64,000 bases of DNA from Kudoa neothunni (taxonomy: Eukaryota; Animalia; Cnidaria). The stretch is taken from assembly GCA_964304625.1 (NCBI GenBank), contig OZ199839.1, forward strand, positions 6,700,234 through 6,764,233, in the 5' to 3' direction. Positions 28,380 through 42,204 of the stretch are shown in pieces (positions within the stretch are counted from its first letter, which is position 1; each line of letters starts with the position of its first letter). A program made the position numbers and the translations under genes. The notes beneath the pieces were generated by a model. That model was not told the origin of the DNA, did no database searches, and saw only the letters and a list, made by a program, of their open reading frames with translations.

Positions 28380-28778
28380 ATCTTATTAAATTGAAGTTTC
28401 GAGAATAAAATCCAGTTTAAACTTTCTAATTTTACTATATCACTCTATATAAATTATTTTGGTTGATATTTAAGAGTTAAAAATATGTTAATGGTAATGA
28501 ATACATTGTGGTTTATATCGGATGAAGGGTGATAATTTGAGCAATAATAATTAGTTTTCGTACATTACCTTAGGATTATATAGTTTTTCTATTTGTGATC
28601 TCCCTAAAATAATTTTAATTTTAATTTCACTAATTATAGTTTTAAAAAGTACGATAATTTGAAAATTTTCAAATCTAATCCATTCTATGAGTTAACTGAA
28701 AGTACTCATGTATTTTTTTGATAGTTATAAATCCAGAATATTTATGACCCCGGACGAAGCTGGATAGTTTCAAGCTAG
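28380..28778 (+). mobile_element. Helitron-like non-autonomous element, 3' part
   Basis: Ends in a GC-rich imperfect hairpin plus CTAG (ccccggacgaagctgg...caagctag). The body is similar to ~32170-32520. Confidence 0.5.
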
Positions 28779-29746
28779 GTTAAATGCTATTTTTGCAACA
28801 ATTCATGAAAAATATATATCATATATTAGATTTAATTATTTAATTCACGACTACATGTAAAACAGCTCCACCTACACACTCTCCAATCCAGGTGTTAAGA
28901 AGATTAGGAATGATAAACCAAAAGTGATATTTTAAAGTTGAAGTTACCGAATTGACACAAACCATAAGCAGATTTTTATATTTATACAATCTATTAAATT
29001 TATTGCGTAGTTTTTGGAATTTAATTCGATTTCTAACGTTTTCCCACACCGGAAATAATTAGATGGCGAAAAATGGAAATTTGATTAATGTAAGTTAATT
29101 CATTGTTGTTAGCTTTAATATCGACCTAAGTCCTTACTATAAAATTCAATGTGATAATTTCGATTATAAAGTTCTAATTTGATCAGCTGATTGATCTTCT
29201 AAACCAATAATAAGTAATCAATCTACCGACAGAGTAGTATATTAACATTCTAGGTTTATTTCAATGTTATATTGTGATTGGTTGTGTGCATTAGGAACAA
29301 GACCCTAAATATTTGTGTTCAATAATCTCAATTAGTAATTCCTAATAATTTAGATACAATCGCATAAATCCTCGCATAATTAGTGTTCTAACTTTTTAGT
29401 ATTGATAGTGGGCAGTGGTCGAAAGAAATTTCACCTGCAATATCGTAAAAGTTATGTTTGTTACGTTGTTAGCTGACCAAATACACAGGTATAATGATTA
29501 GTAATGTTTTGTAAAACATTAGTAGTTTATATAGTATAGAAAATTTGATAAATTGACCGAATAATATACCCGATTTACGTTGTGTCTATTTGGTTCGTTA
29601 ATTGTTGGAAGAATCTTCACAATCAGCTTAAAGTTAAAATAGACTACTTTGGTGATAGTGACTGTTGCTAACATATTCTAGTGCTATTATTGGATCTATT
29701 TGTAAATGAGATATTTGAGTCACAACCTTTAAAATTGTCATCCGAA

Positions 29747-32700
29747 ATGTCCAATACACAATTATCACCATGTTTCATTGATAGTTACAATTGTCACCCA
29801 ATAATAAGGTCTAATAGTCTCCAATGTGATGTCAATAGTAATTGATGTTGTAATTTGATTGATAAAAACTCTTTTCACAGGAAAAGGGGTGTACAACCAA
29901 ATGATAAATTCATCAGAATCAACCCATAAAAACAACAATAATAATAGCAGAAATAGAAATCAAAGAGTGGAAAAGTCCATGGAAAACTTATCGGAAATAC
30001 GCGATTTACAAGTTGACGACACAATGGGACCCTCATCGAGGTTTCATGACCATGGACGACAAATTTCTGATTGCCTAGATCCACCAAATGAGGAAAGACT
30101 TGAATTAACTCAAACACTCGATAATACAACTAACAGAAATAATACTGGAAATGGTCATGATGAGTGTGAGAATGTGGGCACTAGCACTTAAACATTCTGT
30201 TTCTATAAATGGAAACTTTGTTGCCAAGTATCAGATTCAGTTGTGATTAAATGTGCTTATTGTAAAGCGCTCTTCTACCATAAAATGTTCTCCATCCCTT
30301 TAAAATAAAGAATGTTTATAGAATACCCTGCCATATGTCTCAAATTCTTTTGGAACCATTACAAATCACATCTGCTCCTCGGGCATTTGTACAGGCTGTT
30401 CTCCATGGACAACGTTACCAAGAATCGGCTCAACATTCGAAGAGATGCTCTGAATGTTTTCGTTCCTTCAGTTTGTTTAGTCTAAGCATCATTGCCTCAT
30501 TTGTGGAAGGGTAGTTCCAAACTATTTGTGACCCCTATTTATAGTGTATATTAAAAATGTAGATATACTGTGACCGTTGCTGCCCCCAAGAAACATTACA
30601 TCAGCATATTGGATAAAAAACCCAAAAGATTATGTTCAGCATGTCTAAGCAACTTGGGAAGACTTGGTAAGTTCAATTTACTAACTAAATATAACTGATT
30701 AATAATATTATTTTTATTTCACTATTAATACATCGAATAAAAAATTTAAAAAAGGGGATTTAACAGTTTGCAATTTTTAATACTCTCATGAGTTCTAAAT
30801 AGTTATTGCAAATTTATTTTAGGATTTGACATAAATTATGAAAGTGAAAAAAACGGAATCTTGGCTGGTAAAAGTATGAAAATTTCTTCAATTCTCTCAA
30901 ATAAATTAAATAAAATTATGATTGTAGAAGAGTTCGTCAAAAAAGAAGGATATCACATGCCCAGCTCTTGAAAGCGCGCCTCCTGTTTATAGTACCAATC
31001 GTGCTCAACTAGCGAATGGCGGCAACGAACCCCTCCAGATTACATAAGTATACATAATTGTTTCATCTGTTTGATTATTAAATCATCAAAATTGTTTAAA
31101 GAATGCGGATTTATTCCAGATAATATTTACGTCTATGGAAGATATTACAGTGGAGGTTGTGAGCCAGATGGACATTACATGACCAACCGTTATGCATTAC
31201 CTCCAATAATTGCCAGCAATAAAACAAGTTGAAATAATATCATATTTTTGGTTTATATTTGTTAGGAATTCGTACAATAAATATTCTCAAAGAAGAATGC
31301 AGTTTGGCAATGTTGGGTAAATTTTGTAACGACAAATTCGTTACCAACCTCTACCAGGATACATTACATCTTTAGATAGAGACAATAAAGTAACCTTTAT
31401 ATTGGGTAAATGTCTTGTGATGAAGGTTTACAAAAAAAGTAATGAATCTCAATTATAATTATAATCTACTACCAAAAGTATCATATTAACCCTCTGACTT
31501 TTTATTTCTATTTAATTTCAACTAATACGTTAAGTTAATTCTAAGTAATTATTTATTATTATTACTACAGTCTATTATATTTGTTTATTATAAGATTTTT
31601 TTAGAATATTTTGTATATATTTCTTTAATTATTCGTAAAATTTTTATCACTTACATTTCAATAATAGCTAATAAATTCTATTAATAATCATATTTTTCTA
31701 CTGTATATATAAAGCTGATGTGTCCTTGTGTGTGTGTCAGCAAGTACGTGTGTGCGACAAATTTATTCCCTTATAGATTATAGATAAATATTTATGAGAC
31801 TTTTAATAATTAAAGATAAAGGGAAAATCTCTGAAAGTAAAAGGATCTACTTATTTTACCGGGTTTTAATTTGTTGGCCGGATTAAAATCGCTCATTTGA
31901 AGGTGATAGTTAAGTTAACGTTTTTCTTACATGTTATAATCAAACGTTATTTTAATATTGTCATCTATCTGTATACAGAAATTAGGCGTCCATTTTGTTA
32001 AGATGTACGCAATTACATTTCTTATATATGTGACTTATAAACATATTTTGAAAATTTTTATCGATAGTTTTAATGCAGTAAAATTGTTGAAATTTGTTTA
32101 TTTAATGATGGGTTGGTAGTGTATATCATAAATAGGTGGATTAAAGCCTTCTAATTTTAGGTCTATGACCTTTGATTTAATTGAAACTACATGTTAACTT
32201 AAAGTTTCAACAATTCAATTCAGTAACAACTTTTTAGTTTTACTTTACCTGATTATTTTATAATTTAGGTTGTTATATTGTGCTGCCTGACTACGTTGTA
32301 GTCAAGAGTATATTATAGCTTATATCGGATAGTGTTATTAATTTGAGATAAAAAATAATGCTCATAAGTTATCTTCTAGCTACATGGTTTTTGTTATTTT
32401 ATGACCTCCACGAAGTGATCTTATTTTTAATTTTATATATCACAATGTTTGAAAGTAAAATATTTAAAAATTTTTAAAATTTAATCCTTCCTAAGGGTTA
32501 ACTGAAAGTATTAATGTAATTTTTACATGATTTTAGAGGGATTCTTCAATTCAAAATATTTGTATAATCGGTTTAAAGCAAGATGTCGCGCTAATTTGTA
32601 CTATAATAATTTATTAAATCCATTATTACATTTTCAGGTAACCTTTTAAAATTAAATCTGTTCATGTAAGATAAATACTACCTCAGTTACAAATTAAAAA

Positions 32701-35700
32701 ATATAAAAAGTGCTTAAGACTAAATATAATCATTTAACAATTCGAGGAGCTTTGAACATCGAAAGGTCCCTCATATTCATGTATATATATATATATATAT
32801 ATATGAATTATTTATTTTAAATTAATTTATAATATATTAGAAAATTTTACGATCTCAATTTAGTGTTACATCCATATTCTTTCAAATTGAGTTTTCAAAA
32901 CCTTCAAACATTAAACGAAATGTGCCACTATACGAATTTTGGCGGGATTAGTTAGAGGAGTGTTTCGAACTTATCTCTTAATTTCTTGAATCAAAACTCT
33001 TAAAAATATTAATTTAATTTTATGCTAACATCTATCAAAGTTGGAGGGTTAATTATCGTCTCAAAAACGTAAAAATATCCTTCATTCATTTTATTTTCGC
33101 AGCGATTGATAACAAACAACATTACCTTTTTGTTTCGGATGGTATGGGAAGGGCAAATATGGATAATATGGTAGGAGCATTTCTATCTGGTCGATGTGAC
33201 GCTGCATGCTAATACATACCAATTATTTAGTGGGACTGTTTTCAAATACAACGGAAATTGCCGTGCTGAACTGATTAAATTTGTGTCGATGACCATAATG
33301 GAAATTTACGATCGAGCTACACAAGGTATTGACAACCATTAATCACACATAAAACACGACAAACAGGGTACGAATTCAAAGAATTTAAATATTATCCCAT
33401 TGAAGATCCAGACCATAATTTGACCGATACTGAACAAGGGTTCAGTGGTTATATCGGTGTAAAACATTACAAAGATGTAATACTAAATTTTACATGTGTG
33501 TTGTATTTGACACACAAATACTCCTACGTTAATCTCGCTAAACAACTAAATAAAACATCTACAGGGAGGATTATTGGGATTTGATATTGCGGAACACTAC
33601 CCATACTACAATCTGGTTTTTATTCTCAAACCGAAGAAGAACTAGCCAGAGTGTCTCCGCTGTTAGTTCTTTCTCAAATGGCTTATCCAGAAGCAGGTAA
33701 TATTGGGTGTGAGTTTAATGTGTGCGATATATGCGTTTAATAATAGAATCCCCAATACCAATAATAAACGATGCTCATAGAGATCTTGTACACCATTATT
33801 CGTTAGCAGGCCATGTTCAATGCTATCAGGTAACCATTCGATTTATTTTATAAATATTTATGAGTGTGTGAAAACTCGACAATTTTTGCATTTTACGATG
33901 TTGATATTAAAATTTTGAATTCAGGTTTACTTTGAAAATATTGATAGACGCATATTCTATTATTAAAAAGGAAATAATTACAAACATATTTGATAATGTC
34001 GTTAAATTTAATAAAACAAAATTTAATTAGGAATTTTGAATTAATTAGTTTAATTTTGTTTTTCATCATTCCATGTTCTTTTTCTATGTACAAAATGATC
34101 ATGAAAACTTTATAGCAAAAACATGAGCGACCATAGCTAATTTTTTAGGCCATTAAGTGTACAATTATTGAAATAATAACTTTTTATAAAACCAAGTGAT
34201 TTATGATTATTTTTGGTATTTAATGAAGGACTGCGTATTTTAAATAAAGAGTAAAAATGGCTCATTTTTTTAAACGTGAATGATAAATTCTTAAGCTCCA
34301 GTTTTGCGCATGCGCATACCAAAATAATAAATTGATTTTTTTAAATGTAATTTTAAAATTAAGTTCCCATTATGTATAATTATTGACGGGATGTAAGCAA
34401 AAGCAAGCGAAATATTGATCTTGAATAGAAGCAGATTTAATGAAACCTTATAATTTAACAATATTGGGATAAAAAATATGGTGTTGCTATATATTCGCAC
34501 ATTAATAAATTATTAAGCCAAATAAATTAAGCATATCAAATTACGCGTAAAAACTTTGTTATGCTTACAAAATATTTTTTTGGTTTCCCTCAAAAATAAG
34601 TTTTAATATATGGATTTTCTGTAAAATTAAACTAGGAAACATTCGATGATAATTAATCTCCATGCAATAATTTGAGGGAAAATTTATAGTTTAATTATCT
34701 TTAAAGAAATATTAGATAGAATTAAACAAATTGAATTAGGTATGGTGAATCCCATCACATTTTTTATTCCATTCATGATATCTTTGAAAATAAAAAGTAA
34801 TTTACTAGAATTAATGTTGAACCTATGACTAATATAATATTCTTGTCGACTAAAAAGGAACAAATTCGAATGATGTGAATGTATAATTATTGAAAAGCGC
34901 AACTGACTAATTTTATTTTATAACATTATTTTTACCTAACTTTCGCAAAAAAAGCTACGTTTTCTTCACACATAAATATTGCAAAGTTTTTTTGAATATA
35001 TTACGACAGCAAATAGGGATTATGCAAGAGTATGCAATTCACTCCTAACCTTGGAATCAAAGCTGAAATTAATGGGGACACTGTCACTGTGAATTTTGTT
35101 TGTCGCACCAACGGAAGTGTAAGTTCAAACCATATGAACTTTGCTTGTTTGTTAAAATAATTTGAAAAATCAAACAGATAGAAAATGTGTTTGATAGATT
35201 ACTAACAGAGGAAGTCGTATGCATGGGCACAGAATTAGGCAACAATTCCAACTTCGTGCTATTGCCACCAAATGATGATAAACCATACCAGAATTTGTCG
35301 TATAAGATTAATCCCATAAATATTAGAGCTGGAGGTATTTTTTATGGGCTTAGGCAAGATTCTCCTACTCCTACTAATACTACCACTAAAAACTGGTTTA
35401 CGTTTACCTTAGCCCTATTTTATGTACCCTTATAAGAAAAATATTAATTCCGTTAATTAAATAATAATTATATTTATATAAGCATATTGAATTAAATTTA
35501 CAAAACTTTTTATTGTAAGCTGAGAATAATCATGCACCGATCACATGTCACACTTATCTAATATCTAATTTTGAGGGTTTTTTTTTAATTTTAAGAACGT
35601 AGCCATAATTTTACATATTTAAAAAGGATTGTCATTTTTATAGTATAATATAATCAAATTTTAGTCCAAATTAGTTACTAAGTTCTGAAGTTTTATATAT

Positions 35701-37061
35701 TTCAATTAGTTTAATCGAAGTAAAATTCAAAAAATTTTTAAAATTTATTATATAATAATACTACATATCCGTTTTTGTTAAAATAATGATTCCACACTCT
35801 TGCATAAAATATAATATTAATTTTATCTAATATTTGTTAATAATGAAACTTAAATCTATTAAATTCCAATCAATAATTTTTATCTATATATTGTAATATT
35901 CAAGAGAATAATAAAAATGAATAAAATCCTTTTTAAAATTTTCAGTTGAAATAAAATTACACTAAATTAATCTAATCGCGCCAACGTTTGACTATTCATG
36001 GGCATGAAATGTACAACCCAGTCTTCTTATTCAACTTAACATTGTTAAAATTTGACTTCATTTTGGTAGCATGCTCAGATGTTTATGCATTAAATTTTGT
36101 TTCGTTATCGCTCAAAAACACGGAGGGACTCAAAAGTTTCCTAAATTGGAACAATATTTTAAGTCATCCACTTCAAACAATATGTATGATTCTTCATGGT
36201 ATGCAACTTTACAAAATTTTCTTGATTGATAATTTACGCGGGAGAAATTTTATAGGTGGTATTTATGTTCATTTTCGTACTGAAGATTACGATCAGGTGC
36301 TTCGATATTTCAAATCACCGAAAGATTTCATAAGCTGTAGCATACCGATTGCAACTATGAAACACGAATACGATAAAGTATTAACTAAAGATATAACTCG
36401 CATGGTGTTTCGTATAGACCACCGAGACTATGATTACATCGATCGGTACTATTATTGATGATATATTAAAATTTGTTGAAAAATTTTTCACTCAATTTAG
36501 CCATGTTGTAAGCCCAGTCACTTGCAACTCTTACTATCACCAGCCGATGATCAAATTCTATAGACGGCACGACTTCGTGGACCACACCCCAACAGCGAGA
36601 CTAACTTTTTTATACGCCACACTTGTCAACATGACCGAACCTAACAAATATACCATAGGCGCAATTTCACAATACATGAAGGATCTAACTGTGCTTGTCA
36701 CAAATGTCAGCAAAGACATCATGCGAGGAATGAACCGTGAAGAAAAAAATCAACAATTTTGTCCGACTAGGTCATAAATTCATCGCTACACGTATCACCG
36801 GCAACCAAGACAACCCACTTGGGGGATAATGATAAAGAGGTAATGTCCGTGAATGGGGATGGTCGGAAGCGAATACGATATCCTAACGTTGATAACGTTC
36901 TTTTAGGTGATTCTGGTCTTCTACTCTAAGGGTAAAATAATCGGATATGAAAATTATTACACTCAATCCACCAAAAACAGCGTCAAACAAATAAAAAATT
37001 ATCTTTTCGAACTCAAGGACTTTGTCTGGACATTAATTTTGAAGTTTCCAAGATTGTGTAA
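29747..37061 (+). pseudogene. SARA/endofin (ZFYVE9/ZFYVE16)-like FYVE protein with 6 or more frame disruptions (pseudogene or assembly errors)
   Basis: FYVE: RCSECFRSFSLF-KHHCLICGR|IYCDRCCP-KKHYISILDKKPKRLCSAC. Collinear SARA C-terminal domain segments follow: LPPII, HYLFVSDGMG, EIYDRATQG, LARVSPLLVLSQMA..SPIPII, NDDKPYQNLSY, GIYVHFRTEDYDQVLRYFKSPKDF, VVSPVTCNSY..IKFY, ending LCLDINFEVSKIV*. The start is approximate. Confidence 0.8.
31696..32594 (+). mobile_element. Helitron-like non-autonomous element within a SARA intron
   Basis: 5' TC...TATATATAAAG followed by a (TG)n tract, as in the 56738-57152 element. The body matches 28380-28720 and there is a degenerate CTAA|T end. Confidence 0.5.
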
Positions 37062-39219
37062 TTTGAGTGCCCACCTCTTGTCCACTTAAATTATTTATTC
37101 AAAATCTGTGTAATGGTCGATTACAGTCGAATCGCCATCCAAACTTTGACATTCTTTTGTTTGTTAAATGTAATAAATTTAGTTTATGACTTCTCTGTTA
37201 GACCGAACTTTGTTTTTATTCAAAAATTGTATTTATATGGACGCTTATGTTGAAAATGCGTGATGTTTCCTTATCAAATAAAAGAGTTGAAGATTAGAGT
37301 TGCAAGCTGATTTTAACAGTGATTAATTCTCACCATTTAGTTACAAGGAAACGAGCTCTTAAATTTCTATTAAGTAAATAAATTCAATTAGCGAGAAAAA
37401 TCATGATAGTGTTTATGGGAAACTTTACTTTTCGTGAGAAAATAATGGTTGAAAAAATTTATAAATGGTACATCTAAAAGTAAAATTAATTTTTTTTAAT
37501 AACCTCAAATTAGAATTTAATAAAATGACAATTGAAATGGACTGTTCAATTTTCAATTGATTCATGTTTAACTTATTATATCAACGCTTATTTTGCTTCG
37601 TTAAGGTCATAATCGTGTGTATTTGTTTTTTTCCTAGGTTTATTCGAGGGTCCTTTCATCACAATAGTGCTAATTTTTATTCAGGAATGTTCGACTTGAT
37701 CGATTAAAAGTATGGTGGGCAAAATACAACCATCCTTTCATGATGTTTCATTCGTTCTATTTGAGAATCAATAACTAGTTTTCCATAAATTCCATCTATT
37801 TTTGATAGATTATGTCTATAGTTCCTCCCTAAAATATTTTAAAATTCGACCTAATATTGATTAATATTTTTCATAAATCGGCCAAATTTTTTATTTTCAA
37901 ATTCAATAATTGTTTAAGTTTAGTTAACAATTATAAGCGCGAATAATTATTAAATTGTGCCAAGGATATGTGGATTATTTCTGGGAGTGATGCATAATAT
38001 GGATTAATGGTAACACGTGCCTCCTATTAAATCTGAAAAAAACTAAAAAAATAATTAAAAGAAATTTTTATATTTATATTTTTTGAAATAAGTTTTATCA
38101 TAAGCAGATTATTTTCACTCTAAAAAATTATATTACATCCTACAAGTTATTTAACTCAATAATCGTTGAAAAAACCTTGAAAAAATTGTTTATAGAATTA
38201 TTTAATTTACAAAAATTAAATTTACAATATGTTATAATTCTATTGCTTATATTTGTGAAAGTAACTGGAAAATCAATTAAATGTAATTCACTCACACGAC
38301 GTTTAGGTGTGACCATAACGAATTCTGGAAAGCGAAGAATTAACAATGGATACCTTGTTTTAAATTAAGATAAGATTAAAATGTATTTATTTGTCTTATT
38401 TGCCATTATACGCGTGTATACCAAAAAATATTACTTTATTTCTACATTACGTTTTAGTTATAATTCAGTTTATTTTAAATGATTTTTTAAATATATTTTC
38501 TTCATAATGATCCAGCCTATGCAGAGATACAATTGTCTAAACCTGGATGAAACAGTCCCTTAAACGATCTAAACCAAATGTAACTAAAATCCTCAATGTT
38601 TTACTAATTATTTTCGTAATTTCATTAGTTTAATATATCTTCCAATGATGAACAACTCTCAAATAATTGATCTCATTCAAGTAATCCATTTCTAGATTTG
38701 TTATCGACTCCATCTTATGTTATTCTATGTAGTGTTTTACAGCTATACTTTCATCTAATTTAATTATTTGTACTTTCTCGGATGGGATACAATTTAACTT
38801 GATGTGACTTTTATTTTTCTGATACTAAATTCGAATATGTTATTGCATAGTATTTTTAATTTAGTATAACTGAATCATGATGATTTTTATCAACCATATA
38901 TACAAATCAAATATTGGCTGGGTGCGATTTTTGGGTCAATTTCAGAGAAAAAAAATGCATATAAGCCAGGAATACGTTAAATTATTTTCCATTTTATTGA
39001 ATTTTTGCCATAAAATTATGTTTCGGATGTAAAAACCCAATTAATATAAATCTATAAACATCAATTTTAATGTGTCAAACAGGCAGTAAACTCCGTATGA
39101 AACGCCAAAAGTGCATATCAGCCATCACCTGCTGTATTAGGCAGTTTAGCAAAAATTCATTGAAAAGTTATTTTTCCCTAGGCTATTGGTTACATACCAT
39201 ATGAGTTATAATTTATAAC

Positions 39220-41628
39220 TAGTGTTGGCGAGTTTCTATTAAAATTGATTTCAACCGATTAAAACCGTCGAATTTTAAAAAATCGTTAGAAGTTTATGTT
39301 TGTTTGATCGGTAAAAACCTGTTTGGACACGTTAACATCGAATTAAGATTGGTAGGAAACGACGTGATTTACTAATTATTTAGTGGAATGGGCTGATTTA
39401 GAGAAAGTTGGCGACTCCTTGTCTTGTAAATATTGCAAGGTTCTGTTGCCGCCTAAACAAAACAAAATTCAAGAAAATATCAGTTCAAAGAAACATTTGT
39501 CAATAAAATCAAATGTTTTTAAAATAATACCCTCAAAAAATATTCTAAATATCGACAGATCGAAATTAAGTGACATTGAAATAGATTTGATGAAGATTGT
39601 AATTTTTGACGGTCTTCCGTTTGATGCAATTAGTAAAAAGAGTAACTTGAGGGAGATCCTTTCTAAGTATTGCCCAGCGTCGAGATCTTTGCCAGTTGGG
39701 AAACATTGATTGATAAAAATCTTTCGGTTGTATTCCAAGAAGGTGTCGATAACATTAAATCAGTGATGAGGGATGTACGATTTAGCTTAATAATTGATGA
39801 GTTTCCTGATTCGAAAAATAGACCAATTTTCAATACATGAGCTTCTTTTCATGATTGTGTTACTGGTAAACGGAGAACTATAATGCTTGATTCTTCGAAG
39901 TTTGTTCAATGCGAATCCGTAATCATAGCTGATCACATATCCAATGTACTAAATCGGTACGACATAGAATGAGACAAATGCATTGCGATTGTTTCTGGCT
40001 CGGCACAGTACATAAAAAGGTATTTTAAGGATTTGAGAACCATGTAAACAGTTATCTATCATCGGAATTCCATGTTTTCACGCATTATTCATTTGGCAAT
40101 TCAAAAAGTTACAAATGAATACTTTTCCGCCCTTTTATCAAAAAATAGAAATTATGAAAGGAAGTTTTGGGTTCACCTTAAAAATAACTTCCAAACAACG
40201 AAGGAAATTCCTCGTGTTTTGGACATACGATGGTATAGTTTCTTTAACGGTTTAAAATACATAAAGAATACTGCCCTGCAGTCACTGATTTCTTAAAATA
40301 AATTAAAAATTATGGAACAGGAAAAAAATTAAACTCAATAATTGAAATTGAATCAGATAATTACAATATATTTTATTGTCAATGAAATATTTTAATAGAT
40401 GAACTAAAGCCATTGTTTGAATTCTCTTGATTCATCGAAACTGAAGAAAAATGCTCTATTTCAAATATTGTTGATTGGATGAAAGATGACTTTGGAATTA
40501 AACCGAAAGATTTAATAACATTATAAAAAGATATTCTTGGACTTATTCCATTTAAATCTAGAAGTCAATTAATGATTATAACAGAAAGTTTCTGTCCTCA
40601 AATTGTTTATGAGATTCACCAGTTAGTATCAAATAGTGTTAACGATTGTTTGCCATCGACTACATTTTTCAAAACGATTAAAGAAATGATCCTAAAAATG
40701 TTATTTCAATCCAAACGTCCAAATTACTGATCTTATTATTTTTTAGAGATCGATGAGAAGTCTGAAACTCAAAAAGAAAATATTTCCTCTGGAAAATTTT
40801 GAAAAAATCAGACCCACCCCCATCAACAATGATCTTTTGGAAAAATAAATCAAATGTCTGACCAGTTTGATCATAATTTTTTGAGGATTTATTGGCCATT
40901 CCTGTATCATCCATCAACGTCGAAAGGAGCTTTTCAAAATTAAGGCATGTTTTTATCAAAGAAAAGATAAATAATTCAGATTAATGCCTCACAATGTTAT
41001 CAGTGTTAAATTTCGCGTAGGCCCAACTATTCACATCTGTAATTTTGCATAAAAACGTTAACATAGCTTGTACCTTTACTAATTATGATTTAGTCATAAT
41101 TTTATCTTATAAAGGGTCCCATTTTAACCCAATTATTGTCCAAAAGAAAAAAAATTCAAAATATTTAATTTATTATCAGTTTTATTTATTTTATTCACAT
41201 TTGTTTTTTTGATAAAATATGCAATTTTTTTCTTTTTAATATTATTTTAATAAAAACACTTCCCACCAAAAAATAAATCCATTTAAAATCTCTTTTTTGA
41301 GAGGCGATGCGGAGTTGTCCTCTTAAGTGGTGGGGGGGGGGGGGGGGGTTCGGAAACTAAAATGAATTGGTAAAAGCTTCTGTATTGTTTAGGTTATGCC
41401 AATCTTTGGTGCACATACCTCTGCTGTCTATAGCCTTGGAAAGAAACTTCTCAAAGCTGAAGCATTTGTTCGCAAATGATAGAAATAGTCTGTAGACTGA
41501 GTGAATGAGAATGTTTTCAACATTATATTTTAATAGAGAACTATGTAAATAATTCTATATTTTTTGATTTTCGTTTTTATATTTTATTAAATAAACGTCG
41601 ATTATTGTCGTCGAAAATTGCAGGCCTA
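39220..41628 (+). mobile_element. hAT-superfamily DNA transposon, degenerate (transposase ~39383-41000)
   Basis: Zn finger SCKYCKVLL..ISSKKH; FSLIIDE..D; IIHLAIQ; DIRWYS; dimerisation domain LLAIPVSSINVERSFSKL. Termini TAGTGTTGG...GCAGGCCTA, with an imperfect 8-bp TSD (tttataac / cttataag). Multiple stops. Confidence 0.85.
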
Positions 41629-42204
41629 CTTATAAGTTATAACTTGGGTGTGATTGTGTTAGTCTATAAGAATAGTCTCCATTGGGAACAAAACTATTAT
41701 TAAAGCATAATATTATATCCCCATATGGAGACATAAAAATAAATAGTCCAAAGGAATTAATAATTTAGTGTCAAAAATATAATATTTAAATTTCAATATT
41801 TTTAAACAAATTAGCGGAAGGCGCACTCTCATTGCGCAAATCGTTTTTGATACATATCTTTTTTTAAAACCTCAAAATAAGTGAATAATAAGCATTGTCG
41901 AGCTATATAAATTTTGTCATTCAGCGGAAAAAGTCTCAGTCAAAATTAATCTAAACCGAGACTTAGATAAAGCGACAACTGAGATCAATTATAAAATATT
42001 TATATTTAATTAATTTAAAATTCCAAATTCTTAGGGCGTTCACGAAACGCAAATAATTAATAACTACGGAATATTCTTTAACTGAAACAAATATAACTAA
42101 TGATATCACTATATTATCTCCTTTCTATTTATAAATTTAACGTTTGAGTAAAAAAAGTATATATTTTTGCGAATTATATTCATTTGCTTTTAAATTCAAA
42201 ACAC

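Noticed and set aside
37660-37830. Possible piggyBac DDD fragment (HERMVVF) on the minus strand
   Set aside because: A single weak motif is not enough support.
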